A stretch of DNA of 64,000 nucleotides from an uncultured Gammaproteobacteria bacterium. Its GTDB lineage: Bacteria; Pseudomonadota; Gammaproteobacteria; UBA9214. The stretch spans positions 1-64,000 of the forward strand of contig CAWHCQ010000016.1 of the NCBI GenBank assembly GCA_963827755.1, read 5' to 3'. Positions 18,802 to 30,047 of this stretch are shown here, piece after piece (within the stretch, counting starts at the first letter, position 1; every line of letters begins with the position of its first letter). A program made the position numbers and the translations under genes. The notes below the pieces were generated by a model. The model ran no database searches, was not told the origin of the DNA, and saw only the letters and a list, made by a program, of their open reading frames with translations.

Positions 18802-21219
18802 ATGCACGCTTACAATCCGAAGTCAGGCTTCATGCTCTCTGCCGTCCGCAATTATATTCGTTTGCTGGTCGTGACCATGGTAATCCTGTCGTGCTTCCTG
18901 ATTGCTTACATCTACTGGCATGACAGGCGGCATGACGCGCTGGAAGAAGTTGCCGATCATTACCACCTGGAGACCATGCTGTATTGCGCACAGATAAAGG
19001 AAGAGATCTTGCGCATGTTGTCACCAGAAGCCGATAATCAGATTCATATACAGTCTACTGTGGGCCAGGGCCGATCGCAAAGTGATTACGCCAACACTGC
19101 CTACCTGATCGAAAAGCACATTCAGGCTATCAGCCAACTGCATAAAGTCTATGGAGCAGCAGCAAATCAGGCAGTCCACTTCGAGCCCGTAATTCGCAAG
19201 GCGGGCAGGCAACTCGCCAGGATAAAGATCGTGCTGGATGAAGCTGCCGCCGCCGGCATAAGGCCTTTCGTCGAATCAGAAACGTCCCTGCCGGGCAGTT
19301 TTGTGCACACAATCGAGCAACTGCGTCGCTTGCACACCATAGCCAGGAGCGAACTGGACAGTGAACTGACCGCTATGAAGGCCAGGAACACAGTTCACCT
19401 GTTTACGATATTAACAGCAGCACTGCTGCTGGGTTCGCTGGTTATATGGAGAATCACGAGGGAAATTCGATACCTTGTGGAAGCGCAGAGGAAAACCGAG
19501 TCCATATTGCGACAGTCTGCCACGGTATTCGAGAGTGCCTCGGAAGGCGTGGTGATCACCGATGTCGATGCAAACATTATAGCGGTAAACAAGGCCTTCA
19601 CAGATATCACAGGTTTTGCCGAGAAAGAGGTGCTGGGCAAGAATGCCAGCTTTCTCAAGTCCGGACGTCATGATCTGGAATTCTACAAGGCCATGTGGTC
19701 GTCACTCCTGCAACAGGGGGAATGGAAGGGTGAGATTTCGGGGCGGCGCAAGAATGGCGAGATTTTTCCAAAGTGGCAGACAATCAATGCCGTTCGCGAC
19801 GATGAGGGAAGTCTCACGCATTATGTGAGCATATTTCTGGACATCAGCCAGATGAAAGAGTCCGAGGAGAAACTTCAATATCTGGCACACCATGATGCCT
19901 TGACCGGTCTACCTAACCGGCTACTGCTCAATGCCCGCCTGGAACACTCTCTGCAACAGGCATCCCGCAAGAGTACTAATGTGGCCGTGCTGTTTCTGGA
20001 CCTGGATCACTTCAAGAAGGTCAATGACTCTCTGGGCCACGCAGTTGGCGACCACCTCTTGCAGCTGGTCGCGAAACGACTGCTGTCATCCATTCGTGAA
20101 GAGGATACGATCGCACGATTGGGTGGCGACGAGCTGGCTATCGTCCTTGGGTCTCTGGATGACGTCCGCTATGCAGCAACGGCTGCTCAGAAGATCCTTG
20201 ATGAGTTGGCGAAACCTTTCGAGATCGATGGAAGAGAGTTATTCGTGTCAGCCAGTATCGGTATCAGCACCTATCCCGAGAATGGACGGGATACAATAAC
20301 GCTACTGAAGAACGCCGACGCGGCGATGTATATGGCCAAGAGCGATGGGCGTAACGGTTACCACTTCTATTCCAATGATCATTCCGCAAGGGTATGTGAG
20401 TCCTTTTCTCTCGAGACGAATCTGTATCGCGCGCTCGAACGCGAAGAGCTTTTCCTTCACTTTCAGCCACAAGTATCATTGCAGAGCGGGAAAATTGTTG
20501 GCGTGGAAGCACTGGTTCGCTGGCAGCATCCTGAAATTGGGCTGGTATCCCCGGCCAGGTTTATTCCCCTTGCCGAAGAGAACGGCCTGATAGGTGCCAT
20601 CGGGAAATGGGTCCTGCACACCGCCTGTGCACAGGCCAAAGCCTGGCAGGACGATGGCCTGACACCAGTCCGCATCTCTGTAAATCTGTCAGGGCGACAA
20701 CTCGAGCAGGATAATATTGTTCAGGAAGTCCATGCTGTCCTGGATGATACAGGGCTTGACCCTTCTTACCTGGAGCTGGAACTTACGGAAAGTTCTGTGA
20801 TGAAGCGGGCGGAGCGGGCAGTAAAGATTCTGGATGCGTTTCGGGAGCTCGGTATAACTATAGCGATTGATGATTTCGGGACAGGTTATTCGTCACTGAG
20901 CTATTTAAAACGCTTCCCGGTCGATCGCCTCAAGATTGATCGCTCTTTCGTCCGTGATATCCCGCAGGATGCGAATGATGTCGCTCTTGCCAGGGCGATC
21001 GTCGCCCTGGGCCACAGCCTCAACCTCAGCGTGGTTGCAGAGGGCGTGGAGACAGTGGCACAAAGAGAGCTTTTGACTTCGATGGGTTGTGATGAGATGC
21101 AGGGGTTTCTATACAGTAAGCCCGGAACGGCAAGCGAGCTGGCAAGCCTGCTAAGCGCTCCCGGCCCAACCGGTGTGTGTCAACGACTGGTGCCGGTACA
21201 GGGACGCACCCGCAGTTGA
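18802..21219 (+). CDS. Membrane-anchored sensor with PAS, GGDEF and EAL domains (c-di-GMP cyclase/phosphodiesterase)
   Basis: Two TM segments flanking a periplasmic region; PAS (VNKAFTDITG...GEWKGE); HDALTGLPNR; REED-x5-GGDEL; EAL; IDDFGTGYSS; AEGVE; QGF. Confidence 0.93.
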   Translation: MHAYNPKSGFMLSAVRNYIRLLVVTMVILSCFLIAYIYWHDRRHDALEEVADHYHLETMLYCAQIKEEILRMLSPEADNQIHIQSTVGQGRSQSDYANTAYLIEKHIQAISQLHKVYGAAANQAVHFEPVIRKAGRQLARIKIVLDEAAAAGIRPFVESETSLPGSFVHTIEQLRRLHTIARSELDSELTAMKARNTVHLFTILTAALLLGSLVIWRITREIRYLVEAQRKTESILRQSATVFESASEGVVITDVDANIIAVNKAFTDITGFAEKEVLGKNASFLKSGRHDLEFYKAMWSSLLQQGEWKGEISGRRKNGEIFPKWQTINAVRDDEGSLTHYVSIFLDISQMKESEEKLQYLAHHDALTGLPNRLLLNARLEHSLQQASRKSTNVAVLFLDLDHFKKVNDSLGHAVGDHLLQLVAKRLLSSIREEDTIARLGGDELAIVLGSLDDVRYAATAAQKILDELAKPFEIDGRELFVSASIGISTYPENGRDTITLLKNADAAMYMAKSDGRNGYHFYSNDHSARVCESFSLETNLYRALEREELFLHFQPQVSLQSGKIVGVEALVRWQHPEIGLVSPARFIPLAEENGLIGAIGKWVLHTACAQAKAWQDDGLTPVRISVNLSGRQLEQDNIVQEVHAVLDDTGLDPSYLELELTESSVMKRAERAVKILDAFRELGITIAIDDFGTGYSSLSYLKRFPVDRLKIDRSFVRDIPQDANDVALARAIVALGHSLNLSVVAEGVETVAQRELLTSMGCDEMQGFLYSKPGTASELASLLSAPGPTGVCQRLVPVQGRTRS

Positions 21220-21308
21220 GCTGGCAGGTAATAATACTTGACACAAACAACGTTGCATTTTTGGCGTATGAACCCTGTGGCAAGGTTTTGATATCGAAAC
21301 AGGGCAGC

Positions 21309-24001
21309 CTAAAAAATCATGTCAGTCTGCTCGGTCCGTGCATCCAGGTGTTTCATTATGGCCTGTTCAAGCTGCTCGAACTGTTCAGGTTTGCCGAGCG
21401 GTTGGTCATTCAGGTCGGTAATGTAGTAGATGTCTTCCGCGCGGGAGCCGAATGTCAGGATCTTTGCATTCAGCAGTTTGACTTCACACTCGGCAAAAGC
21501 CCGGCCAACCAGGGAGAGCAGGCCAGGCCGGTCGGCGGTGATTAATTCCATGACGGTGTGCTGGTCATGCTCGTCGGTTTTGAAAGTGATATGGGTTTTG
21601 ATCGGAAAGTGTTTGTACTGCCCGCGGTGACCTGCGCGAGATGTGCCATTCGCCCCGTTTCGTTGAATTGATTTCCCGAAGCAATGCCGTCTCGATTTCA
21701 GCGGTACGCAAGCCACTCTCGACCATGTCTCCCGATTCCTCGAGCACATGAAATGTGTCGAGGATGTGGTTGTCTTTTGTGGTGATGATGCCTGCATTCA
21801 CGACGTTTAATCCCTGCTGGTTCAGGACAGCGGTGATACGGCTGAAGAGATTATCCGTGTCGGCCGCATAGATGAAAATCTCTGTACCTCCGCGCTCGGC
21901 AATTGACTGGATATCAACGAGATTTTCACCGGGATTGTGTGTGATCAAACGGGTGTGATGTGCAACCTGCCAGGGCAGGCTTCTGAGGAAGTATTCGTCA
22001 CCCAGTTGTGTCCACAGGTCTGCGTAGGAGGCGGCAGGTTCCTGCAACAATTCTGCCGCGGCTTCCTGTATCTGACGGATGTGCTCGGAACGTTCGATCG
22101 GGTCCAGCAGGCCAAGTTGCAAGGCGCGTCGCGTGTTGTGGTAGAGCTGTTTTAACAGGGAATCCTTCCAGCTGTTCCACAATTCAGGATTGGTGGCGCG
22201 GATGTCGGCGACGGTCAGCAGGTAGAGGTAATCGAGGTGTACCGGATTACCCATTACCTTCGCGAAGCGGTTGATGACCAGTGGGTCGCTGAGGTCTTCG
22301 CGTTGCGCGGTGGAGGACATCAACAGGTGCTGGTTGACCAGCCAGACGACCAGGTCCGTATCATGCTTGCTGAGATCGTGACGCTGGCAGAATTCACGGG
22401 CCTCTGCACCGCCGAGGTCAGAATGGTCGCCGCCGCGCCCCTTGGCAATATCATGAAACAGGCCGGCCAGGTAGAGTAATTCGGGTTTCGGCAGGGTGCC
22501 GATCACCTGGTGGCAAAGCGGGAATTCATGGGCAAATTCAGGAACGGTGAAACGCCGCAGGTTGCGTACCACAAAAAGGATATGTTCGTCGACGGTATAG
22601 ATATGGAAAAGGTCGTACTGCATCAGCCCGACGATGTGGTTGAAGGCTGGCAGGTAAGCGGCCAGCACACCGTAGGTGTTCATCCTGCGCAGGACATGGG
22701 TGAGACCGTGTGGTTGCCGGATAATTTCCATGAACAGGCTGCGGGAACGGATGTCAGTACGGAATTTTTCGTCAATCAGGTGGATATGTTCGCGTATCAG
22801 GCGAATCGTGTCGGCACGAACGCCCTCCAGGTCGGGGTTTTGTTCCAGCAGCAGGAATATCTCCAGCAGTGCAAACGGGTAGTGACGGAACACCTGTGGT
22901 CCGCTCACCTCGAGAAAGTCATTGCGTGACTGGAAGCGCTTGTTCAGTATGCGTGGTTTTCCCGGACCCTCGGGATGCAGGATTTCCTCGTGGAACAGTT
23001 GCAGCAGCATTTCATTGAGCCGTTTCAGCTCCATGATGGTGCGGTAATACTGCTTCATGAAGGCTTCCACGCCGAGCCGCTTGTCGTCGTCTTCAAATCC
23101 GAACCTGCTTGCAAGGGTGCGCTGATAATCGAATAGCAGCCGGTCCTCGCCACGACCGGTGAGTGCGTGCAGTGCGAACCTGATTTGCCATAGATGGTTG
23201 CGTCCCTCGACCAGGGTCTGGTATTCATCAGTGGTCAGGAAGCCGCGTTCCACCAGTTCATCGAGTGAGCCGGTTCCGAGGTGCCGGTTTGCGATCCAGG
23301 CGATCATCTGGATGTCGCGCAGGCCGCCCGGCCCCCCCTTGATGTTCGGTTCCAGCTTGGACGCGGCGTCATGATACTTGTGGTGTCGTGAGCGTTGTTC
23401 CTCGAGTTTTACTTCGAAGAAGTCACGACTGTTCCAGATGTCGGGGGGGCTGGTGCTTTCCCGCATGCGCTGGAACAGTTCGACCGAGCCGGCCAACAGC
23501 CGTGCCTCCATGAGATTGGTCGCAACCGTGATGTCAGCAAGGGACTGCTCGATACAGTCTTCGATGGTGCGCACGCTGTGGCCGACTTCCAGCCCGATGT
23601 CCCAGAGAAAAGTGACCAGGGCCTCGATCGTCGGGTCGTACTGGCCGCTCTCGGTGTCCGGCAGCAAAATCTGCAAATCTACATCAGATCCGGGCATCAG
23701 TTCGCCGCGGCCATAGCCGCCTACGGCAACCAGCGCGAGGCTGTTGCCGGCTGTACCCGTAAGCCTGGTCCAGCTGCGTATCAGCACCTGGTCCACCAGC
23801 CAGGAGCGGGCGCTGATCAGCAAATCGGCGCTGGCACCGTCTTCAAAGTGCTTTATCAGGGTGGCATTGCCTCTGCCTGAGGCAATCGCGGAACAACGGC
23901 AACGGATTGTCGCCGCCTGCAAGCGCAGCATCGAGGGCCGCAAGCCCGAACCAGGATGAAAACATGGCCGCTGTCTGCGACCCTGACAGCTCACTGGCCA
24001 C
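21309..24001 (-). CDS. glnD: PII uridylyltransferase/uridylyl-removing enzyme, with two apparent +1 frameshifts (~23872, ~21622)
   Basis: AVGGYGRGELMPGSDVDL, LEPNIKGGPGGLRD, YTVDEH, LFHDIAKGRGGDHS, ACT domain DRPGLL...AEDIY. The N-terminus (GTG 24001 or ATG 23965) and the last ACT domain lie in shifted frames. Confidence 0.92.
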
Positions 24002-24007
24002 TAGCGG

Positions 24008-24775
24008 CTAGACTTCATCACCCGGCAGGCAGGTCAGCACTTCATGGCCGGTTTCGGTCACCAGGATGGTGTGCTCCCACTGCGCGGACAGGCTGTGATC
24101 CTTGGTGACCACGGTCCAGCCGTCAGGCAAAAGCCTGGTGTAGCGTTTGCCGGCATTGACCATGGGTTCAATGGTAAACGTCATGCCGGGTTCAAGTTTC
24201 ATGCCGGTTCCCGGTTTGCCGTAATGCAGCACCTGCGGGTCCTCATGAAATTCACGCCCGATTCCATGACCGCAGTATTCGCGAACAATGGAACAGTTAT
24301 GCGCTTCAGCATGTTGCTGGATTGCATGACCGATATCGCCGAGCTGGATGCCGGGCTTGACCAGTTCTATACCGATCTTCATGCACTCATGACTGATGCG
24401 TGCCAGTCGTTTGCTGGCAATAGCCGGTTCACCCACAAAAAACATTTTGCTGGTATCGCCGTGAAAGCCGTCTTTTATGACGGTGATATCAATATTGATA
24501 GCATCACCGTTTTTCAGTTTTTTGATGCCGGGGATGCCATGGCAGACAACATGATTGACCGAGGTACAGATCGACTTCGGGAAACCGCGGTAATTGAGCG
24601 GGGCGGGTATCGCCTCCAGGTCATTAACGATGTAATCATGGCAGATACGGTCAAGTTCATCGGTGCTGATGCCGGGCTGGACATGGGGCCGGATCATTTT
24701 CAGGACCTTGCCTGCCAGGTGGCCCGCGATCCGCATTTTTTCGACTTCCTGGCTGGTTTTAATGGTAACGGGCAT
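24008..24775 (-). CDS. map: Methionine aminopeptidase type I
   Basis: FPKSICTSVNHVVCHGIP, DITV...GDTS, GHGIG..FHE, FTIEPM, SAQWEHT. Confidence 0.98.
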   Translation of the reverse strand: MPVTIKTSQEVEKMRIAGHLAGKVLKMIRPHVQPGISTDELDRICHDYIVNDLEAIPAPLNYRGFPKSICTSVNHVVCHGIPGIKKLKNGDAINIDITVIKDGFHGDTSKMFFVGEPAIASKRLARISHECMKIGIELVKPGIQLGDIGHAIQQHAEAHNCSIVREYCGHGIGREFHEDPQVLHYGKPGTGMKLEPGMTFTIEPMVNAGKRYTRLLPDGWTVVTKDHSLSAQWEHTILVTETGHEVLTCLPGDEV

Positions 24776-24844
24776 ATAACACCTTGACTCCTGGGATCAA
24801 TCACGGGTCGGATCGGGGGACAAATTGCCGAGCCGCCAAGTGTA

Positions 24845-24860
24845 TGGTATAAAGGCGGGC
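24845..24860 (+). promoter_or_regulatory. rpsB promoter: extended -10 plus GC-rich discriminator
   Basis: TGGTATAAA followed by GGCGGGC; matches the known gammaproteobacterial rpsB promoter layout (TGTGGTATAAA-GCGCGC in E. coli). Confidence 0.75.
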
Positions 24861-24900
24861 TTGTTAAGTGGCCCTGTCCGGTCCACTGGCAAAATTCAAG

Positions 24901-24991
24901 CATGTACCGGAACATACAGCAGGGTGCCAGGTGACTGTGCAATACACAGGAAGCCGGGTTGCTGTTTTGGGGTGCATGTAAATTAACCCGA
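24901..24991 (+). ncRNA. rpsB 5' leader (t44-like, S2 autoregulatory structure)
   Basis: CATGTACC...ACAGCAGGGTGCC...GGGTTGCTGT...GGTGCATG forms nested stems with two GGGU elements and ends TAACCCG, as in known rpsB leaders. Confidence 0.75.
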
Positions 24992-25008
24992 TCCAGGAGT
25001 ATATCAAG

Positions 25009-25989
25009 ATGACAGATGTCACCATGCGCCAGATGCTGGAAGCCGGCGTGCACTTTGGTCACCAGACCAGGTATTGGAACCCGAAGATGGCCCCCTACAT
25101 CTTTGGCGAACGTGGAAAGATCCATATTATCAACCTCGAGAAGACGCTGCCGCTGTTTGACGAAGCCATGAACTATATAAGTAGCCTGGTCGCCAACGGT
25201 TCTACCGTACTGTTTGTCGGCACCAAGCGCTCTGCCCAGGGCGCAATTCGTGAACACGCCGAGCGTTGTGGCATGCCTTATGTAAACCATCGCTGGCTTG
25301 GCGGCATGCTGACCAACTATAAAACGGTGCGTCAGTCCATCAAGCGCCTGAAAGATCTCGAGGCAATGTCAGCCGACGGTACTTTTGAACGGATCAGCAA
25401 AAAAGAGGGTTTGATGCTCACCCGTGAAATGGAAAAGCTGGAACGCAGTCTCGGCGGCATCAAGGACATGCGCGGCATCCCGGATGCCATGTTTATAGTC
25501 GATGTCGGTCACGAGGATATCGCCATTAGTGAAGCCAGAAAGCTGGGTATTCCTGTTATCGGGGTTGTCGATACAAACAACTCGGTTGAAGGGGTTGATT
25601 ACGTGATCCCCGGTAATGACGATGCAATCCGGGCCATCAAGCTGTACGTTGAATCTGCTTCAAATGCTGTTGAAACCGGAAAATTAAGTGTTGCGCATAA
25701 CGTTGCCAATTCGAAAGACGAGTTTGTCGAACTTGATGAAGAAGGTGCGACCAGGCCGCCACGCAAGAAAGCCCGGGCTGCAACAGGCAAGAAAGATGCT
25801 GACAAGGTAACGGTAAAGAAAAAGGCCGCGCCGAAGAAGGCAGCAGCCAAGAAGGCTGCGCCCAGGAAAGCTGCACCAAAGAAGGCTGCCGTCACCAAGG
25901 AAGATACCGGGGAGGCCGCTGCAGAAAGTGCCGTGGTGACTGAAGCAGTTGCAACTGGCGATACAGGAGAATCGGCCGCAGATAAATAA
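25009..25989 (+). CDS. rpsB: 30S ribosomal protein S2 with a long Lys/Ala-rich C-terminal extension
   Basis: [43 protein letters not shown]. Confidence 0.99.
   Translation: MTDVTMRQMLEAGVHFGHQTRYWNPKMAPYIFGERGKIHIINLEKTLPLFDEAMNYISSLVANGSTVLFVGTKRSAQGAIREHAERCGMPYVNHRWLGGMLTNYKTVRQSIKRLKDLEAMSADGTFERISKKEGLMLTREMEKLERSLGGIKDMRGIPDAMFIVDVGHEDIAISEARKLGIPVIGVVDTNNSVEGVDYVIPGNDDAIRAIKLYVESASNAVETGKLSVAHNVANSKDEFVELDEEGATRPPRKKARAATGKKDADKVTVKKKAAPKKAAAKKAAPRKAAPKKAAVTKEDTGEAAAESAVVTEAVATGDTGESAADK
25816..25890 (+). repeat. Coding tandem repeat (KKAAP-like) in the S2 tail
   Basis: [25 protein letters not shown]: five imperfect 15-nt units. Confidence 0.85.
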
Positions 25990-26044
25990 ATGCCGGCCGA
26001 AGTGAAGTTAAACAGACTTGTAATGTATTCAGAGGGTGATTGAT

Positions 26045-26935
26045 ATGGCTATAACAGCTGCGCAGGTGAAAGAACTGCGCGAGCGTACCGGTTCCGGCAT
26101 GATGGAATGCAAGAAGGCGCTTGTTGATGCAGACGGCAATATGGAAACGGCAATCGATGCGCTGCGTAAAACAGGGCTTGCCAAGGCTGACAAGAAGGCA
26201 GGCCGTATTGCTGCAGAAGGCCTGATTGTTGTCGAGATGAGTGACGACGGCAAGACTGCCGCCATTGTCGAGGTTAACTGCGAAACAGATTTTGTTGCCA
26301 AGAAAGAAGACTTCCAGGCGTTCGCTACCGCTATTGCAAGGCGTGTGCTGGCGGACAATCCGGCAGACATGGACAGGCTGCTGGCCATGCCCCTGAACGA
26401 TGCCGGCGCAGAAACCATTGAAGATGCGCGCAAGGCCCTGATCGCCACCATTGGCGAGAACATCAGCGTGCGTCGTTTCATCCGTGTGCAGAGCGAGGCT
26501 GAACTTTCCAGCTACCGGCATGGTGTGCGCATTGGTGTTGTCGTAGAACTGGAAGGCGGTGATGCAGAGCTGGGCAAGGATATTGCCATGCATATCGCAG
26601 CACACGATCCGCGCCCGGTTTGTGTTTCCGAGTCACAGGTACCTGCCGAGATGGTGACAAGGGAACGTGAATTTTTTACCGGGCAGGCGCGTGAAAGCGG
26701 CAAGCCCGACAACATCATTGAAAAGATGATCGAGGGGCGCATTCGCAAGTATCTTGCGGAAATTACCTTGCAGGGCCAGTCTTTCGTCAAGGATCCTGAC
26801 CAGACCGTCGGCAAGTTGCTTGAAGATGCCGGTGCCGGTGTGCTCGGTTTCCATCGCATCGAACTGGGTGAAGGTATCGAAAAGAAAGCCGAAAACTTTG
26901 CCGACGAGGTCATGGCCCAGGTGAAGGGCGGCTAA
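26045..26935 (+). CDS. tsf: Elongation factor Ts
   Basis: [43 protein letters not shown]. Confidence 0.99.
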   Translation: MAITAAQVKELRERTGSGMMECKKALVDADGNMETAIDALRKTGLAKADKKAGRIAAEGLIVVEMSDDGKTAAIVEVNCETDFVAKKEDFQAFATAIARRVLADNPADMDRLLAMPLNDAGAETIEDARKALIATIGENISVRRFIRVQSEAELSSYRHGVRIGVVVELEGGDAELGKDIAMHIAAHDPRPVCVSESQVPAEMVTREREFFTGQARESGKPDNIIEKMIEGRIRKYLAEITLQGQSFVKDPDQTVGKLLEDAGAGVLGFHRIELGEGIEKKAENFADEVMAQVKGG

Positions 26936-26989
26936 GGGGCCGGATTGTTACCGGCACGGCTGCCTGCAACGGTGGAAGCAAGCTCGTAT

Positions 26990-27016
26990 ACGGGGTCGAT
27001 TATCGGCCCCGTTTTT
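26990..27016 (+). terminator. Intrinsic terminator after rpsB-tsf
   Basis: ACGGGGTCGAT-T-ATCGGCCCCGT hairpin running into a T tract. Confidence 0.75.
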
Positions 27017-27109
27017 GTATGGCAATCCGCATTAAAACGTAAGACAATGCCAACCCACGGAGCATCCAAAGCATTTAGTCCATCTAACTGATTATCAAGG
27101 ACAAGTTTC

Positions 27110-27829
27110 ATGCCATACCAACGGATATTGCTTAAGCTCAGCGGTGAGGCGCTGATGGGGCAGGACAGGCACGGCATCGATCCCGCGGTTATCCAGCGTC
27201 TCGCGGCTGAAATCCACGCCGTGGCCAGTCGGGGCGTCCAGCTGGGCGTGGTTATCGGTGGCGGCAATATTGTGCGTGGCGCCGGCCTGGCTTCGCAGGG
27301 TATGAACCGGGTGACCGGCGATCACATGGGCATGCTTGCCACCATTATCAATTCCCTGGCGCTGCAAGATGCCATTGAAAAGGCCGGTTCACCCTGTCGT
27401 GTCATGTCGGCATTGAGAATCAACCAGGTCTGCGAACCCTACATCAGCGGTCGTGCGATAAGGCATCTCGAAAAAGGCCGCGTCGTCGTTTTTGCCGCCG
27501 GGACCGGTAATCCGTTTTTCACCACGGACTCGGCTGCCAGCTTGCGTGCTATCGAGATCGGTGCCGACCTGATGCTCAAGGCCACCAAGGTGGACGGCGT
27601 CTATTCGGCTGATCCGGTCACTGACCCGGATGCCATTCTTTACGATCACATAACCTTCGATGAGGCACTGGAGCGCAAGCTGGGCGTGATGGATACAACC
27701 GCGCTGGTGCTGTGCAGCGAGCATAATCTGCCGATTCGGGTGTTTAATATTTTCGAGCCCGGTCAGCTCGCGCGGATTGTCGAGGGGCAGGATATCGGTA
27801 CACTGATTCAGCAGGAGAAAAGTGGATGA
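27110..27829 (+). CDS. pyrH: UMP kinase
   Basis: [40 protein letters not shown]. Confidence 0.98.
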   Translation: MPYQRILLKLSGEALMGQDRHGIDPAVIQRLAAEIHAVASRGVQLGVVIGGGNIVRGAGLASQGMNRVTGDHMGMLATIINSLALQDAIEKAGSPCRVMSALRINQVCEPYISGRAIRHLEKGRVVVFAAGTGNPFFTTDSAASLRAIEIGADLMLKATKVDGVYSADPVTDPDAILYDHITFDEALERKLGVMDTTALVLCSEHNLPIRVFNIFEPGQLARIVEGQDIGTLIQQEKSG

Positions 27830-28383
27830 TCAAGGAAACTATCAAGGATGCCGGCGTCAGGATGGGCAAAAGCGTCGAATCACTCAAACAGTCGCTGGTG
27901 AAGGTGCGTACCGGGCGGGCCCACCCGAGCCTGCTGGATCACCTGGTCGTTGATTACTATGGATCCGAGGTGCCGATTTCGCAGGTTGCCAATATCAATG
28001 TCGAGGATGCGCGCACCCTGATTATATCGCCATGGGAAAAACAAATGGTGCAGCCCATCGAGAAGGCCATCATGAAATCCGACCTGGGGCTGAACCCTGC
28101 AACCGCCGGTACTGTTATCCGTATCCCGATGCCACCGCTCACCGAGGAAACCCGGCGTACCCTGGTAAAGGTTGTTCGCCAGGATGGTGAAGCCGCGAAG
28201 GTTGCCATCCGCAATATACGCCGCGATGCCAATGGCGACTTCAAGAGCCTGCTGAAGGAAAAAGAGATTTCGGAAGACGAAGAACGCGATGCGCAGGATG
28301 AAATCCAGCAGTTGACGGACAAGTATGTCCGCGAGGTGGACAAGGTGCTTGAAGAAAAGGAAGCTGACTTGATGGAACTCTGA
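27826..28383 (+). CDS. frr: Ribosome recycling factor
   Basis: [29 protein letters not shown]. Confidence 0.98.
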   Translation: MIKETIKDAGVRMGKSVESLKQSLVKVRTGRAHPSLLDHLVVDYYGSEVPISQVANINVEDARTLIISPWEKQMVQPIEKAIMKSDLGLNPATAGTVIRIPMPPLTEETRRTLVKVVRQDGEAAKVAIRNIRRDANGDFKSLLKEKEISEDEERDAQDEIQQLTDKYVREVDKVLEEKEADLMEL

Positions 28384-28440
28384 CGGCCCCATGCAGCAGA
28401 ATTCTCATCACTCCCCAAGAGACGGGCAAGGATTTTCGTA

Positions 28441-29190
28441 ATGACCCCGGAAAGCACCCTCGACAGCCTGCCACGTCATATCGCCATCATCATGGATGGC
28501 AACGGGCGCTGGGCGCGCTCGCGCATGCTGCCCCGGCCGGTTGGTCATCGTGAAGGGGTCAAGTCAGTCAGGCGTATTGTCGAGGCCTGTATAAACAAGG
28601 GGGTCAGGGCACTGACCCTGTTTGCCTTCAGCAGCGAGAACTGGCGCAGGCCAACGGATGAAGTCAGCCTGATCATGGACCTGTTTGTGCATACCCTGAA
28701 GAAAGAAGTCGGCTCGCTGGAGAGAAACGGTGTCAGGTTACGTTTCATCGGTGACCGTGAAGCCCTGTCGAAGAAGTTATGCACCCAGATTGAAGAAGCG
28801 GAAGCGCAAACCCGTGCCAATACAAAGCTCGACCTGGTGATAGCCGCCAACTACGGTGGCCAGTGGGATATCACCCGCGCCTTTAAAACGCTTGCAGTGC
28901 GTATACAGAAGGGTGAGTTGCAGGCGGAAGATATTACATCCGACTTAATTGCCGATGAACTGTCGATTTCCGATTTGCCCCTGCCTGATCTGTTTATTCG
29001 CACCGGTGGTGAGCAGCGCATCAGTAACTTTCTTCTCTGGCAGCTGGCCTATACCGAACTTTATTTTACCGAGGTCCTGTGGCCGGCATTTGATGAACGC
29101 CAGCTCGATGAGGCCCTGTCCTGGTATGCCAATCGACAGCGGCGTTTCGGTCGTACCGGTGACCAGGTGGAGCAGTTGAAAGGTGCTTAA
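28441..29190 (+). CDS. uppS: Undecaprenyl diphosphate synthase
   Basis: HIAIIMDGNGRWA, FSSENWRRP, IRTGGEQRISNFLLWQ. Confidence 0.98.
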   Translation: MTPESTLDSLPRHIAIIMDGNGRWARSRMLPRPVGHREGVKSVRRIVEACINKGVRALTLFAFSSENWRRPTDEVSLIMDLFVHTLKKEVGSLERNGVRLRFIGDREALSKKLCTQIEEAEAQTRANTKLDLVIAANYGGQWDITRAFKTLAVRIQKGELQAEDITSDLIADELSISDLPLPDLFIRTGGEQRISNFLLWQLAYTELYFTEVLWPAFDERQLDEALSWYANRQRRFGRTGDQVEQLKGA

Positions 29191-30001
29191 GGCGCGCCTG
29201 ATATCGGCCGCCGTCATGCTGCCGCTGGTTATTGCCGGCGTCCTCTACCTGCCAACCGATGTCTTTGCACTGATTCTCGGGCTGCTTCTCGCAGCCGGCC
29301 TGTGGGAATGGAGCCGCCTGGTCCCCCTGCATGGAATGATTGCACGATTTCTCTACCTGGCCGTTGTTCTGCTGCTGCTTGGGCTGCTATGGAAACTGCG
29401 GCCGGAGACTTATCTTGACCTGGTTTTGTCAGTGGCCGTTGGCTGGTGGTTGTGGGCGCTTTTCTGGGTGTCGCATCCGCAAATCGGGGCACAGGCCGGC
29501 CTGTTGACCAACAGTCTGAAGATGGTTGCCGGCGTGCTGGTGATAGTGCCCGCATGGGTGGCACTGGTCGTACTTCATGGCAATGACAACAACGGCCCGC
29601 AGCTTGTGCTGATTGTGCTGATCATGATCTGGCTGGCAGACAGTGGTGCCTTCTTTGCCGGCAGGAAGTGGGGCCGCACCAAACTCGCACCGCTGGTCAG
29701 TCCGGGAAAGACACGCGAGGGTGTCTACGGCGGTTTGCTGGCAAGCCTTGTTTTTGCAGCGGCAGCAGGCGGTTTCTACAGCCAGTCATACAGCTGGACG
29801 CTGGCATTCCTGGTTGTATCACTGCTCGCAATGATGTTTTCCATCGTCGGGGATTTGCTCGAAAGCCTGATGAAAAGGCAGAGTGGTATCAAGGACAGCG
29901 GCAGCATCATTCCCGGACATGGCGGTATCCTGGATCGTATCGACAGCATGGTTGCCGCGGCTCCCATGTTCCTTGTCGGGCTGCGCTGGTTAGGCCTGTG
30001 A
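29183..30001 (+). CDS. cdsA: Phosphatidate cytidylyltransferase
   Basis: [37 protein letters not shown]. Confidence 0.97.
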   Translation: MLKARLISAAVMLPLVIAGVLYLPTDVFALILGLLLAAGLWEWSRLVPLHGMIARFLYLAVVLLLLGLLWKLRPETYLDLVLSVAVGWWLWALFWVSHPQIGAQAGLLTNSLKMVAGVLVIVPAWVALVVLHGNDNNGPQLVLIVLIMIWLADSGAFFAGRKWGRTKLAPLVSPGKTREGVYGGLLASLVFAAAAGGFYSQSYSWTLAFLVVSLLAMMFSIVGDLLESLMKRQSGIKDSGSIIPGHGGILDRIDSMVAAAPMFLVGLRWLGL

Positions 30002-30047
30002 ATATCACATCCGGTTGCAGAAAGCGTGTGTTGCGAGGTGGTGCGTG

